NCBI GenBank assembly: GCA_965215185.1
Contig: OZ244034.1
Location: 96,001-160,000, forward strand
Direction of reading: 5' to 3'
DNA from: Acidimicrobiia bacterium
GTDB taxonomy: Bacteria; Actinomycetota; Acidimicrobiia; Spongiisociales; ZC4RG35
DNA length: 64,000 nt
The notes under the pieces were generated by a model. The model saw only the letters and a program-made list of their open reading frames with translations. It was not told the DNA's origin and did no database searches. Numbering within the stretch: the first letter of the stretch is position 1; every line of letters starts with the position of its first letter. This document shows, one piece after another, positions 1 through 10,198 of this stretch. A program made the translations under genes and the position numbers.

Positions 1-316
1 TCTTCACCAGAAAACAATTGTTGCACAGGAACTCGTTTTGGCGAATGGCATGGTCGTCGGGGTTAATGGAGAGTTCCTCGCGACGAAAGTGTGCCACTTC
101 CCTGGCCTGTTCGGAGGTGAGGATCTTTTCGTTCACCCCTTCTTCCACCATGTTCAGTTCTTCGACCTCTAAGCCGGAAAGCTCGTCGTCGTCTTCGTCG
201 TCGTCTTCCGAGACGATGTCGTCTGTGAACTCGTCTTCCGACTCGAGCTCGTCGTCGAGGTCAGAGTCGAGTTCCTCCTCCTGAAAATCTTCTTCAAATA
301 CCGAAGCTTTGCTCAC
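1..316 (-). CDS. DUF4193-family acidic protein, 3' end cut by window edge
   Basis: Not in ORF track. GTG at 316 after AGGAG; translates MSKASVFEEDFQEEELDSDLDDE...HAIRQNEFLCNNCFLVK: acidic tract followed by the EFxCxxCFLV motif typical of actinobacterial DUF4193. Confidence 0.75.
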   Translation of the reverse strand, partial: MSKASVFEEDFQEEELDSDLDDELESEDEFTDDIVSEDDDEDDDELSGLEVEELNMVEEGVNEKILTSEQAREVAHFRREELSINPDDHAIRQNEFLCNNCFLVK

Positions 317-463
317 AGTGATAGCGAACTCCTATTAATTAAGAACGGTTGAGCCCCTTGGAAACGGGGCGAAAGTATAGACCGGCGGATTTGTCATTGG
401 TGGAATATCTCCTTGTTTTTTGCAACTCGCGTTGATCAGAGGTTTATTCCTCACTTTGACCCG

Positions 464-3013
464 CTAATGGTGGAGGTGAGAGGCTACCACGCCTCGGTCG
501 ATGCGACTCAGGGCGGAGTGTGCGGAATCCGACATGCCGGGGAAGGCATCCCGAAGCTGCTTCAGCAGGTCGACCAACTGACGAGCGGTTCTGACGAAGT
601 CTCCGGGGGTTTGTCCGCTTTCCACCATATCCGCCAAGGAGGAGCCTTTTGCCCACCGGTACATATCCCCGGCGCAACCGGGTTCGGGAAACCCGGTGGG
701 CCCGATTCGGTGGGCCAACTCGGCCCGGTTCAGATTCTCTGAAAGTTCAAGCAACCTTTGCCAGCGGTTGGCCAATCGGGCGGTGGGCCAGGGAGTTGAA
801 GGAGGAGAGGACTTGCGTGGATCGTAGACAAAGACCGATCCGAATGCGGCGGTCTCCTCGGGGCTTAGGTTGAGAAAAAGTCCTCTGATCACCGACTCGG
901 AGACCAGTATGTCCCGTTCGTTGTAGATCAGTCGGAGCCGTTCTCCGGCGGGGGTGACGCTCCATCCCATCAAATAGCCCCATTCTTCCATCAGGCTGCG
1001 TACTGACGCGAACCGTCTCTCCATGCCGATCGTGGCCCAAGCCCCGTCCTTCTGCAGATGGGTTAGACGACGTCGGGCGCGGATCGCTTTTCGGGCATGG
1101 CGAAGATGCCAATCCAGTTCGGGACAGTTTGCAACTGGATGGTCATTCAGTTCGATCCCGGGTGTGGACCCGGAAGGGGCCCGGGCGTTGGCCGGTAAGC
1201 GGCGCAGCCGAGCCGACATTTCTCGTTGAAGAGCCCGGCGGTCGGAGTGGCGACGTTTGGGGACAGCGATGTGACCCGACCGGGCGGTTCCCTCCACCAT
1301 CTCCCGTGATCCCAGTGAGAGAGTACCGCCCGACTCCGACACGGCCAGCACCCTGGGCGACTTGGAGCGCCGGGCGACTCTGTGCAAGACGACGTAGCGA
1401 CCGGATCGGGGACCGGAGGGGATCTCGAACACGTCCCCGGCCTGCAACGTGGTGACCATGGATCCGGCGGATTGCTTACCCTTGCGTTGCATCTCAAGGT
1501 ATTCGAAGACCGACCCCAGCTCGCATTCACTGTTTCGCTCTTCCTGGTCGAGTCGTTGGGCAAGCTCTGCCGACAGTCGTTTTTCCGCCTCCAGCCGAGC
1601 GGTCTGCTGATAGTTGGCGAAAGAAGCCGACAGCAGGTCGCCGGCCCTCTCCTCCGGATAATTGGCTACCAGGTTGGCGACCATGTTGTAGGTAATGCGG
1701 AAGCTGGATAAGAGCGGATGGGCGCCGGTCCCCGCTGCTTTCACCACTTCATGAAAGGGGACATACCGGGAATACAGCACCACTCCGAAGCCTTCGGTAT
1801 CTATGCCCCGTCGACCCGCCCGACCGGTGAGTTGGGTGTAGTCTCCCGGGTCCAATGCCTGATGGGTTTCCCCGGTGAATTTGGTGAGCGATTCGAGCAC
1901 CACGGTCCGGGCGGGCATGTTGATACCCAACGCCAGAGTTTCGGTGGCGAAAACTATTCCCAGAAGACCGGCCGCGAACAGTTTTTCCGTCGCCTCCTTA
2001 AAGGCAGGGACCATTCCGGCGTGGTGGGCTGCGATGCCCGCTTCCAATCGATTCACCCAACCCGGATAATCAAGGGCTTCCAGATCTTGCTCGGAGAGAT
2101 GAGCGGTGTGAGCCTCGGCCACTGAACGGATGGTATGGACGTGCTCCGGCGGTGTCAGCCGGATTCCGGCATTGGCTACCATGGCGGCAGCCTGTTCACA
2201 ACCGGCCCGGGAGAAAATGAAATATATGGCAGGGAGAAGGCCTTCTGCGGACAATGTCTCCACCACCTGGGTCCGGCGCGGCGCGGCGAATCTTCTTCGG
2301 TTGCGTCCGCTCGACAACAGCATCGAAATGCGCGGATTAGGTTTTTTCCTCCCTTCCAGTTGTACGAAGGTGGGCAATAGCCGCAATTGGTCAGGGCCCC
2401 AGCGATCACGCAGCGCGTAATAGTCGCGGAGAGGAACGGGTCGCTGTTTGGCCCGCACCAGCCGGGTTTCCCCTCGACATTGAGTGACCCATTCTGCGAA
2501 TTCGGAGGCGTTGGAGACTGTCGCGGAAAGACACACGATCTGCAAGGATGGGGGTGCGTGAATCATTATTTCTTCCCACACCGCCCCTCGAGACCGATCA
2601 GCCAGGTAATGCACCTCGTCCAAGATGGCCACCGCCACCCCCGACAGACGCTCCGGATCGGTGTAGAGCATGTTGCGCAGTACCTCGGCGGTCATCACAA
2701 CCACCGGGGCGTCCCCTCGTATGACGTTGTCTCCGGTTAGTAGACCTACTTTGTCCTTGCCATAGAAGTTGCATAAATCGCTGTACTTTTGGTTGGAGAG
2801 AGCTTTGATCGGAGTGGTATAGAAGGAGCGAAGCCCTTTGGTCAACGCCAGGTGGATGGCAACTTCGGCCACCAGGGTTTTACCCGCCCCGGTGGGAGCG
2901 GTTACCACGATGCTCAATCCTTCTTCCAGCGCCCAGGCCGCCTCGGTCTGAAATGGATCCGGTTCAAAGGGCAAACTATCCAAAAACAGGCGGCTGACCG
3001 GCGCCCGGCTCAT
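464..3013 (-). CDS. helY: Ski2-like DEAD/DEAH RNA helicase HelY
   Basis: APTGAGKT, TPIKALSNQK, DEVH, SAT, HHAG, ATETLALGINMPA, QLTGRAGRRG; DSHCT-like C-terminus (GDFVR..RQLVDLL); follows tatC as in actinobacteria. Confidence 0.9.
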   Translation of the reverse strand: MSRAPVSRLFLDSLPFEPDPFQTEAAWALEEGLSIVVTAPTGAGKTLVAEVAIHLALTKGLRSFYTTPIKALSNQKYSDLCNFYGKDKVGLLTGDNVIRGDAPVVVMTAEVLRNMLYTDPERLSGVAVAILDEVHYLADRSRGAVWEEIMIHAPPSLQIVCLSATVSNASEFAEWVTQCRGETRLVRAKQRPVPLRDYYALRDRWGPDQLRLLPTFVQLEGRKKPNPRISMLLSSGRNRRRFAAPRRTQVVETLSAEGLLPAIYFIFSRAGCEQAAAMVANAGIRLTPPEHVHTIRSVAEAHTAHLSEQDLEALDYPGWVNRLEAGIAAHHAGMVPAFKEATEKLFAAGLLGIVFATETLALGINMPARTVVLESLTKFTGETHQALDPGDYTQLTGRAGRRGIDTEGFGVVLYSRYVPFHEVVKAAGTGAHPLLSSFRITYNMVANLVANYPEERAGDLLSASFANYQQTARLEAEKRLSAELAQRLDQEERNSECELGSVFEYLEMQRKGKQSAGSMVTTLQAGDVFEIPSGPRSGRYVVLHRVARRSKSPRVLAVSESGGTLSLGSREMVEGTARSGHIAVPKRRHSDRRALQREMSARLRRLPANARAPSGSTPGIELNDHPVANCPELDWHLRHARKAIRARRRLTHLQKDGAWATIGMERRFASVRSLMEEWGYLMGWSVTPAGERLRLIYNERDILVSESVIRGLFLNLSPEETAAFGSVFVYDPRKSSPPSTPWPTARLANRWQRLLELSENLNRAELAHRIGPTGFPEPGCAGDMYRWAKGSSLADMVESGQTPGDFVRTARQLVDLLKQLRDAFPGMSDSAHSALSRIDRGVVASHLHH

Positions 3014-3729
3014 TTTCTCAACACCAGCCGGACTAGCCAGTAGGTGATCTCATAGAAGGCGTAGAGGGGTACCGACAACATCGCCAGGGTGAGTACGTCC
3101 CCGGTGGGGGTGATGATGGCGGCCCCTGTCACCACTAACAGCACCGCCCATCTGCGTCCCCGGGCCAGCTGCTTGGAAGTCACCAGATTGGCGGCCGCAG
3201 CTGTGAACAGAAATACCGGATAAAGGAAGGAAAGGCCGAAAGCCAACAGGAAGCGAATGACGAAAGAAAAGTAGTCGGTGAGCCGGAGGTTGTTCGCCAC
3301 ATCTTCGAAAATCCCCAGCAGAAATGCCAGTCCCCGCCCCATGGTCTGATAGCCAACCGCCACGCCCGCACAGAACAGGACCGTGCATGAGATCACGATC
3401 GGAATTGCCCACTTCTTCTCCCGACGGGTCAGGGCGGGAGTGATGAACATCCACACCTGGTAGATCACTACCGGGGTGGCCAGAACCCCCCCGCCGAAGA
3501 AGGCGATCTTCATCAACACGGAGAACTCCTCGGTGGGAGCCAGCACCTGCAGGGTGTTATCTTCTCCGGGAAAGGCACGGTCATAAGGGATCTGAAGGAT
3601 GTCCTTTATATAGGTGCCGAAAATCAGGGCAATAGTCGATCCGATCAGAATTGCGACGGCCGATTTGACCAGTCTCCACCGTAACTCGTTGAGGTGGGTG
3701 AGAAGGGGTTGGCGACCCTCCTCGCTCAT
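3010..3729 (-). CDS. tatC: Twin-arginine translocase subunit TatC
   Basis: HLNELRWRL, YQVWMFITPAL, AIITPTGD, PLYAFYEI; six hydrophobic segments. Confidence 0.95.
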   Translation of the reverse strand: MSEEGRQPLLTHLNELRWRLVKSAVAILIGSTIALIFGTYIKDILQIPYDRAFPGEDNTLQVLAPTEEFSVLMKIAFFGGGVLATPVVIYQVWMFITPALTRREKKWAIPIVISCTVLFCAGVAVGYQTMGRGLAFLLGIFEDVANNLRLTDYFSFVIRFLLAFGLSFLYPVFLFTAAAANLVTSKQLARGRRWAVLLVVTGAAIITPTGDVLTLAMLSVPLYAFYEITYWLVRLVLRK

Positions 3730-4223
3730 GATTCCGTATCCGGACGGGACGTCTCATCGGACACCGTGGACGACCCTTCATCAGGGGAGGCCGTGCTCGA
3801 GTCGAGCCGGGTCTCGGTTGGGACCGAGGCTGCTGACTCGACCTGGCCGGTTTGTTCGGCCTGCGGGGGATCTGTGTCCGGTTCCGGATGGTCGGGTGAC
3901 TTGGAAGCGGATCGCTCCGCTCCCGGTTTGGTGTCGCTGGGCTGGGCCAGTGGCGGAGGCAAACGCAGAGCCTGTTCCGATTCGGCGAGAGATTTGTGCA
4001 GATCCTGGCTGGCTTCCTTGGTGGAGGCCATCACATCCTTGGCCGCCTCTTTCATTTCTTCCAAAGCCAATTCCTGTTCGAGTCCTTGACGCAACTCCCG
4101 GGCGGCCAGCCTGAATTCCGCCATGATCTTTCCAGCCTTGCGGGCCATGGTGGGCAGCCGGTGTGGACCGAATACCACCATGGCTACTACCAGGATTACA
4201 AAGACCTCACTCCACTCAGGCAT
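3726..4223 (-). CDS. tatB: Twin-arginine translocase TatB (TatA/B family)
   Basis: N-terminal TM EVFVILVVAMVVFGP, RLP amphipathic helix, long disordered tail; overlaps tatC start. Confidence 0.8.
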   Translation of the reverse strand: MPEWSEVFVILVVAMVVFGPHRLPTMARKAGKIMAEFRLAARELRQGLEQELALEEMKEAAKDVMASTKEASQDLHKSLAESEQALRLPPPLAQPSDTKPGAERSASKSPDHPEPDTDPPQAEQTGQVESAASVPTETRLDSSTASPDEGSSTVSDETSRPDTES

Positions 4224-4360
4224 CGAATTCCCAATGGTATAGCATCTGGGGAGCCGTTCTGGACTGTGCCGCGGGGCCCGCCGGGCATTTTTTGTTCATC
4301 GGTTGAGGACGGCCTCCTATCACCTATGCGATAGGGAATGGCTCTGTTGGCCAGGCCCGG

Positions 4361-5128
4361 TTAATGCCCCGACCACACCGCGGCTCGCTTCCCAACGAAG
4401 GCGCTGATACCCTCCTGGGCGTCATCGGTGAGCAGGGTGGCGGTCAGCCCGCCGGCAAGATAGTCCAGTGCTGCGTCGATTCCCAGATCGGTCACCATCC
4501 AGAAAGTGTCCTTTCCCAGTTGCAATGTGGCTGGGCTCTGGGCGGTTAGGGCTTTCACCGTCTCTGAGACGGCATGGTCGAGCTGATCCTTTTCTACCAC
4601 CCTCGAGACCGCTCCCAATGCAAACGCCTCGGTTGGGGTCAGCAGTTTTCCGGTCATCATCATCTCCAGCAACGGCCGGCGGGGAATAGTCCGGGCCAGC
4701 ACGGCCGAAATGAGCATCGGCCATACCCCTACTCGCACCTCGGGGGTCCCCAGCTTGGCCCCTTCCACGCATATGACTATGTCACAGGCGCACATAAGTC
4801 CGAAACCTCCTCCCAGCGCATGCCCGTTCACCCTGGCGACGGTTGGTTTTCCTCCCCGGATCATCAACCGGAAAAGGTCAGCCAGAGCCCCCCGCTGGCG
4901 GTGCATGCCCACCGGATCGTCGAAGATTCCCCCGTCCAGGTCCGCCCCGGCGCAGAAAGCCCTTTCTCCCGCCCCGGTATAGACCAGCACCCGAACTTGG
5001 GGATCTTCCACAGCCTTGCGGGTACCGGTCAGGAGAGCTTCCAGGGTTTTCACCGAGAGCGGATTCATGCGATGTGGTTGGTCGATGGTGAGGGTGGCCC
5101 GCCCGTCGCTCACTTCATATCGGACCAT
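4361..5128 (-). CDS. Enoyl-CoA hydratase/isomerase (crotonase) family
   Basis: FCAGADL, ARVNGHALGGG, PEVRVG, EGISAFVGKR. Confidence 0.9.
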   Translation of the reverse strand: MVRYEVSDGRATLTIDQPHRMNPLSVKTLEALLTGTRKAVEDPQVRVLVYTGAGERAFCAGADLDGGIFDDPVGMHRQRGALADLFRLMIRGGKPTVARVNGHALGGGFGLMCACDIVICVEGAKLGTPEVRVGVWPMLISAVLARTIPRRPLLEMMMTGKLLTPTEAFALGAVSRVVEKDQLDHAVSETVKALTAQSPATLQLGKDTFWMVTDLGIDAALDYLAGGLTATLLTDDAQEGISAFVGKRAAVWSGH

Positions 5129-5356
5129 GATGCGCCTTTCCGGTAGGTATTTTGGACTACGTGTCCTCAGTATGCCCTGTTGAAGTCGAAGGCGGGAACT
5201 CCACGGCCGGCGGGAAGGGAGGGTTGCCCGATGACGGTAGTCTTAATCGCAGTGGGTAAGGGGAAAAGGCCAACAGGCGGGGCGGGAGCGCTTCGGTCAT
5301 GAGCCGTACTTGTGAACCGCCGCTGTAAACGATCATATTGGAGGTAGCCGAGTCAA

Positions 5357-6016
5357 ATGGCATTGATAATGCTGGTCAGACATGGTCGGACATCCGGCAA
5401 TTCGAGCGGCCGGTTCGTAGGGCAGTACGACGAAGGTCTCGATGAGGCGGGACGGCAGCAGGCTTTGTTGTTGGTTCCCAGGCTGATGGGATTTGGACCG
5501 GATCGAGTGATCTCCAGCGACCTGGGGCGATGCACTCAAACCATGGAGCCTTTCGCAGCCGAGGCGGGGATGCAGATCGAAACCGATCCCCGTTTGCGGG
5601 AAGTGAGCGATGGGGAGTGGACCAACCGTACCCAGGAAGAACTATGGCAGGGTTGGCCCGATTTGATGAGGCGCTACAGCCAGGGCGAGGACGTACCCCG
5701 TCCGGCAGGCGAACGGTGGGGGGATGTGCGTGGACGGGTGATGGCGTCCCTGAGTCAGATCATCTCTGACATGGGTTCTGAGCAAAAAGTGATTATCTGC
5801 ACCCACGCCGGCCCAATCCTCCTGATTTCCTCCTGGGTAGCCCGCATAGATCTACCCGGCAACATCTTCCTGGGGCCCATCCAGCCTCCGGGTAATGCTG
5901 CGGTAACCCTTTTCGACCCCCACCGGCCCACATTGGTCAGCTACAACGAAACCTGCCACCTCTCACCGGGATACCGCGTTCTGGATCAACAGTCTCGAGT
6001 GACTCCCATCCGTTGA
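5357..6016 (+). CDS. Histidine phosphatase (phosphoglycerate mutase-like) family
   Basis: LVRHGRT, SSDLGRC..T, LRE..GEW, THAG, YNETCHL; GGAGG RBS. Confidence 0.9.
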   Translation: MALIMLVRHGRTSGNSSGRFVGQYDEGLDEAGRQQALLLVPRLMGFGPDRVISSDLGRCTQTMEPFAAEAGMQIETDPRLREVSDGEWTNRTQEELWQGWPDLMRRYSQGEDVPRPAGERWGDVRGRVMASLSQIISDMGSEQKVIICTHAGPILLISSWVARIDLPGNIFLGPIQPPGNAAVTLFDPHRPTLVSYNETCHLSPGYRVLDQQSRVTPIR

Positions 6017-6017
6017 A

Positions 6018-7043
6018 TCAGCCGGAGGACTCTTTGATTTCGGCGGCCAGTCGCGTCCACTCCTCATCGGTGAAGATGGCGTCGCCCGCCATGCTGTAGA
6101 TCCCCACTCGCTGAACCTTCCCCTCGTAGCGGGAAACTATCCGGGCGGCCAGTTCATCCAGAGGAGCCACCACCGCTACTTCGTGAAGGACCTCGTCGGG
6201 GATGACGTCCGCCATTTGCTTCCACTCTCCCCTTTTGCTCATGGCGTTGAGGGTGGGACCGAACTCCCATCCGTGGCTGTCCAGGATCGGCGCGTAGCTG
6301 GGCGTGGAGGCATAGAAGGCAATCTGCTCTTTCACCGGGCGAACGAGACGTTCCATCTCCCGCTCATTGCGCCCGGTCACCACGAACACCGGGGCGGCCA
6401 ACTCCACGTCGTCGATGGAGCGTCCATTGGCTGCCGCGCCTTCCGCCATAGCGGGCATCACCACCTTGTCAAGATATGTGAGGGTGTGGAAGGGATGGAT
6501 ATGAAACCCGTCACAGATTTCGCCCGCCAGTCTGCTCAGCATTGGCCCAACCCCGGCGATATACACCGGAATCTCCGGTTGTTGGTTGGGACCGGGAGTA
6601 AAGAACGGAGTCATGAGCGTTAGTTGATAGAAATCTCCCTGGTACCGCAGCCTGGTCCCGTTCTGGAAACAATCCCACACCGCGCGGACCGCCCCGATGT
6701 AATCGCGCAGCCGGGCGGTGGGGTGGAACCATTCCGTGGAGAATCGGCGGGTTATGTGGGGCCTGATCTGGGTGCCGAGTCCCAGAAGGAACTTGCCGTT
6801 CGCCACTATTTGCATGTCCCAGGCCAGCTGCGCCATCACCATCGGCGACCGCGGAAAGGCCAAGGTGATAGCGGTTCCCACCTCCAACCCGGCCTCGGCC
6901 TGGGATGCCAGGCACATGGACAGAAACGGCTCATGGCCGGTTTCGGCGGTGAAAAACCCCTCGTATCCGATCCGAGCTGCCCGGCGGGCGAATTTGGGGG
7001 CGGCCGTGGGCGGAAGGTTGGGAAAGTAATAGTCGAATTTCAT
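6018..7043 (-). CDS. LLM-class, probably F420-dependent, oxidoreductase (MSMEG_2256-like)
   Basis: AETGHEPF, AFPRSPM, LGLGTQIRPHITRRF, QIAFYASTPSY. Confidence 0.85.
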   Translation of the reverse strand: MKFDYYFPNLPPTAAPKFARRAARIGYEGFFTAETGHEPFLSMCLASQAEAGLEVGTAITLAFPRSPMVMAQLAWDMQIVANGKFLLGLGTQIRPHITRRFSTEWFHPTARLRDYIGAVRAVWDCFQNGTRLRYQGDFYQLTLMTPFFTPGPNQQPEIPVYIAGVGPMLSRLAGEICDGFHIHPFHTLTYLDKVVMPAMAEGAAANGRSIDDVELAAPVFVVTGRNEREMERLVRPVKEQIAFYASTPSYAPILDSHGWEFGPTLNAMSKRGEWKQMADVIPDEVLHEVAVVAPLDELAARIVSRYEGKVQRVGIYSMAGDAIFTDEEWTRLAAEIKESSG

Positions 7044-7100
7044 GGTCTGTGACTTTCTCCGGTTGATTGCACCAGCATTGACATTAGACTGACACTTGTT

Positions 7101-7355
7101 ATGAGACGAGCCTTCAAACTAGCGGTGATGGTGGGAGGAATTGGTGCGTTGGCTTGGGGTATGCGCAAGAAGGTCCGCATCGCAATCGGCAGAGGGGATG
7201 GGTCCGACCCCGATTACCGCATTATCAACCCGGCACCGGATACTGCTGTTGGCGAGGGGGGCGACGAAGCGGAGGCGGATGGGAGTCCGGCCCCGTCGCA
7301 GGACTCGGATCTCGATCAAGACCTAGAGCCAGACGCCAAAAACGGCGTCGACTGA
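7101..7355 (+). CDS. Small membrane-anchored protein with acidic tail, function unknown
   Basis: 84 aa; N-terminal hydrophobic helix followed by basic residues, D/E-rich tail; fills the gap before rlmN. Confidence 0.6.
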   Translation: MRRAFKLAVMVGGIGALAWGMRKKVRIAIGRGDGSDPDYRIINPAPDTAVGEGGDEAEADGSPAPSQDSDLDQDLEPDAKNGVD

Positions 7356-7375
7356 TCTCCGACCCGACTGCCGTC

Positions 7376-8509
7376 GTGGAAGGGCAGGGCTCAGGGGAGC
7401 GGGGATCGACTGTCTCCTCAACGCCAGCCATCTCTCCTTATTTGGTTCACCCTGACGGCTTGGAGGAAGTGGTGGGGGCGGAGGAGCCCGCTTTTCGCTC
7501 CAGGCAACTGCGGGAGTGGCTCTACAAGAACCCGGTGCTCCATCCCCGGGAGATGACCAATCTGCCCAGCGACCTTCGGGGTTCCCTGGAAGATCGCTTG
7601 TGGCCCTTCGAAGTGGGGGAGCACCAGGTTGCCGACCAGGGGGCCACGCACAAGTGGCTGTTCACTATGCCGGACGGCGCCGCGATAGAGGCGGTGGCAA
7701 TGGGCTATGGCACACGCACCACTTTGTGCGTATCGTCTCAAGCTGGGTGCGCTTTAGCGTGCACCTTTTGCGCCACGGGGCAGTTTGGCTTCGAAAGGCA
7801 CCTGCAGGCGGGGGAGATCGTGGCCCAACTGACCTACGCCAATGCCTTTCTCCGCGCTCACCCTATGCAGGGTTCCCCAGCGAGGGTCACCAATGTGGTG
7901 TTCATGGGAATGGGTGAGCCCTTGGCAAACTATCCCCGCCTGAGAGAGTCAATCAGACTGATGGTTGAGGAAGTAGGCATGTCGGCTCGCTCTTTGACCG
8001 TTTCCACGGTGGGTGTCGTTCCTGGAATACGTCGCCTGGCCGAGGAGCCTTGGCCTGTCAACTTGGCGGTGAGTCTGCATGCCGCCGATGACGAACTGCG
8101 CTCCCAGTTGGTTCCGCTCAACCGGCGCTATCCCCTTGCCCAGGTGGAGGCGGCTGCCTCCTACTACTTCCAGAGGAAGGGGAGAAGGGTTTCTTTGGAA
8201 TGGACCATGATCAAAGATGTGAACGATGGCCCTTCCCAGGCCGAAGGTCTGGCCTTGATCGCCCGACGACTTCGGGCTCACGTCAATCTGATCGCACTCA
8301 ACACCACCCCGTTGAGCACCGATGTGCCCTCCAGTCCGGCAGCCATCAAACGCTTCGCGGCCACCCTGCGCAACAGGGGGGTGAATGTGACGGTGCGGAA
8401 TACTCGGGGAACCAAGATAGATGCCGCCTGTGGCCAACTTCGGGTGAAGTCTCTCCCAGCCAAGCAACGAAGTTCGGCCCGGCGCCGGGTCCTGGTCCAC
8501 GTCGAGTAG
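7376..8509 (+). CDS. rlmN: 23S rRNA m2A2503 / tRNA m2A37 radical-SAM methyltransferase RlmN (start uncertain)
   Basis: CVSSQAGCALACTFCATG (CxxxCxxC), MGMGEP, SLHA, IDAACGQL; ORF-track start at 7154 overlaps the upstream gene, so in-frame GTG at 7376 preferred. Confidence 0.92.
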   Translation: MEGQGSGERGSTVSSTPAISPYLVHPDGLEEVVGAEEPAFRSRQLREWLYKNPVLHPREMTNLPSDLRGSLEDRLWPFEVGEHQVADQGATHKWLFTMPDGAAIEAVAMGYGTRTTLCVSSQAGCALACTFCATGQFGFERHLQAGEIVAQLTYANAFLRAHPMQGSPARVTNVVFMGMGEPLANYPRLRESIRLMVEEVGMSARSLTVSTVGVVPGIRRLAEEPWPVNLAVSLHAADDELRSQLVPLNRRYPLAQVEAAASYYFQRKGRRVSLEWTMIKDVNDGPSQAEGLALIARRLRAHVNLIALNTTPLSTDVPSSPAAIKRFAATLRNRGVNVTVRNTRGTKIDAACGQLRVKSLPAKQRSSARRRVLVHVE

Positions 8510-8518
8510 GTTGGTACT

Positions 8519-9607
8519 GTGGCGGTGATGGACAGTCAGACCGGCATCCTCCCCGAACTGATGGAAGTGAGGGTTGACGAGCAATTCAAGGAGGGGAGGC
8601 TCGCCGAATATCTGCGTGATCGTCTTCCCGGCAGTGACCAAACGCTGGAGGTTCGACAGTTTGCGCGGGGTAAGGCCAACCTTACCTATCTGCTCAGCTA
8701 TGGTGACCCCGAGTCGCCTACAGAGTACGTACTCAGGCGTCCGCCGCTCGGCCCGGTTGCGCCCGGCTCCCACGATATGGAGCGCGAGTTCCGGGTGCTC
8801 TCCACTCTGTGGCGCGGCTTTCCCCTGGCGGCTCGCGCCTACCTCTTTTGTGACGACGATTCCGTGATCGGAGCTCCCTTCTTCGTTATGGAGCGTCGGC
8901 GGGGAGTAGTTGTGCAGGGAGCGGTTCCTCCCAAGTTTGGAGGTGGGGAGGATGTCGAGAGCAACCGCAAGTTATCCGAGGTGGTGGTGGATACCTTGGC
9001 GCAGTTTCACGCGGTGGCGCCGGACTCGGCGGGATTGGCGGATTTGGGTCGTCCGGAGGGTTTCATGGAGCGTCAGTTGCGAGGTTGGATAGGGCGTTGG
9101 AATCGGGCTCGACACGAACCCAATCCGTTGGTGGAAGAGTTGGCTGGGTGGCTGGAGAAGACCAAACCCGTTTCCCCTCCCGCCACCCTGCTCCACAATG
9201 ACTGGCGTTTGGACAACATGGCCGTGGACCCCGATGATCCGGGAAGATGCGTAGCTGTCTATGACTGGGACATGTGCACCCAAGGTGATCCGTTTGCCGA
9301 CGTCGGAACGTTGATGGCTTGTTGGTTCGACAATGATGAACAATCGATTCTTCTCGATCCCATGCCCACTCGTTCCCCGGGATTCATGACTCGCCGGGAG
9401 GCAATCGACCGTTACGGACGGAAGTCGGGTCGCGATATATCCGGCATGGATTGGTATTTGGTGTTCGGCACCTTCAAGATGGGCGTGATTCTTCAACAGA
9501 TATACATCCGCTGGTTAAGGGGCCAAACTAAGGACGACCGGTTTGCTTCGATGGGAAGAGACGCAACCCGGCTCTTCGAGTTGGCTGCCACTCGCCGGTC
9601 CCCATAA
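8519..9607 (+). CDS. APH-family phosphotransferase (ACAD10/11 N-terminal-like)
   Basis: GKANLTY, VLRRPPLG..HDMEREFRVL, HNDWRLDN, DWDM..GDP. Confidence 0.88.
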   Translation: MAVMDSQTGILPELMEVRVDEQFKEGRLAEYLRDRLPGSDQTLEVRQFARGKANLTYLLSYGDPESPTEYVLRRPPLGPVAPGSHDMEREFRVLSTLWRGFPLAARAYLFCDDDSVIGAPFFVMERRRGVVVQGAVPPKFGGGEDVESNRKLSEVVVDTLAQFHAVAPDSAGLADLGRPEGFMERQLRGWIGRWNRARHEPNPLVEELAGWLEKTKPVSPPATLLHNDWRLDNMAVDPDDPGRCVAVYDWDMCTQGDPFADVGTLMACWFDNDEQSILLDPMPTRSPGFMTRREAIDRYGRKSGRDISGMDWYLVFGTFKMGVILQQIYIRWLRGQTKDDRFASMGRDATRLFELAATRRSP

Positions 9608-9727
9608 AGCCCTATTTGACGAGATCAATCGGTAGGGGAGTTTTATTAGTCACAAAGGGTTTACGTAGGTGTGTTAAATCCTATGATGCCCTGTAGTATA
9701 TCATTTCTCCCGATATGTCCTATTAGG

Positions 9728-9747
9728 AATAGAAAACCGATTCTATT
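9728..9747. promoter_or_regulatory. Palindrome AATAGAA-N6-TTCTATT, candidate MarR operator
   Basis: Perfect 7-bp inverted repeat in an AT-rich tract 24 bp upstream of the marR-like pseudogene. Confidence 0.4.
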
Positions 9748-9771
9748 TCAGGTTTGTCTGCTAAAGTAGAT

Positions 9772-10189
9772 ATGAGGGAACAAAGTCTTTCCGCAAAGAA
9801 AGAAAGTTTCGCGGCTTGGCTGAACAGTTTGCCGGCGTCCGGTGTTGGAATAGCGGTGGACTACCAACAGTCCTATGGGATGAGTTAGGTAGACGCCAAG
9901 GCCATGGAGTTTCTTTATGGCGCTCCCCTGGGCCCCCGACAACTTGCTGAGAAGTTGTCGATGAGTCCGGCGGGGATTGGTAAAGCGTCGCCGCCATCCC
10001 GCTGATCGGCGTCGTTCGCTGGTGTTCATTACCGACAAGGCTCTGGTCTCGAGCTTTCAGCGTGAGCAGGTTCGAGAACTCATAGACAGGGCGGTAGAGG
10101 ATGCCACCGAATGCCAATTGGAGGTCCTCTACGAATTCCTTGAGGAACCCGGGCGCGAACTCTTGAGCGAGGGCCTGATCAAAACGTAA
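9772..10189 (+). pseudogene. MarR-family regulator pseudogene
   Basis: ATG 9772 reads MREQ...YGMS*VDAKAMEFLYGAPLGPRQLAEKLSMSPAGI (TAG at 9886-9888), then shifts frame near 9977 into LVKRRRHPADRRRSLVFIT (MarR wing DRR); the recognition-helix segment is missing. Confidence 0.75.
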
Positions 10190-10198
10190 TTGTTATAG

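Noticed and set aside
18-284. Ser-rich plus-strand ORF, and antisense ORFs such as 27199-28695 and 61168-62673
   Set aside because: Shadows of real genes on the opposite strand
5129-5356. Possible riboswitch or ncRNA: GGCAACCCTCC (SAM-IV-like) on the minus strand and a CCTGTTG/CAACAGG pairing
   Set aside because: The remaining consensus elements are absent or on the opposite strand, and the flanking genes are unrelated to SAM; a covariance-model scan would be needed
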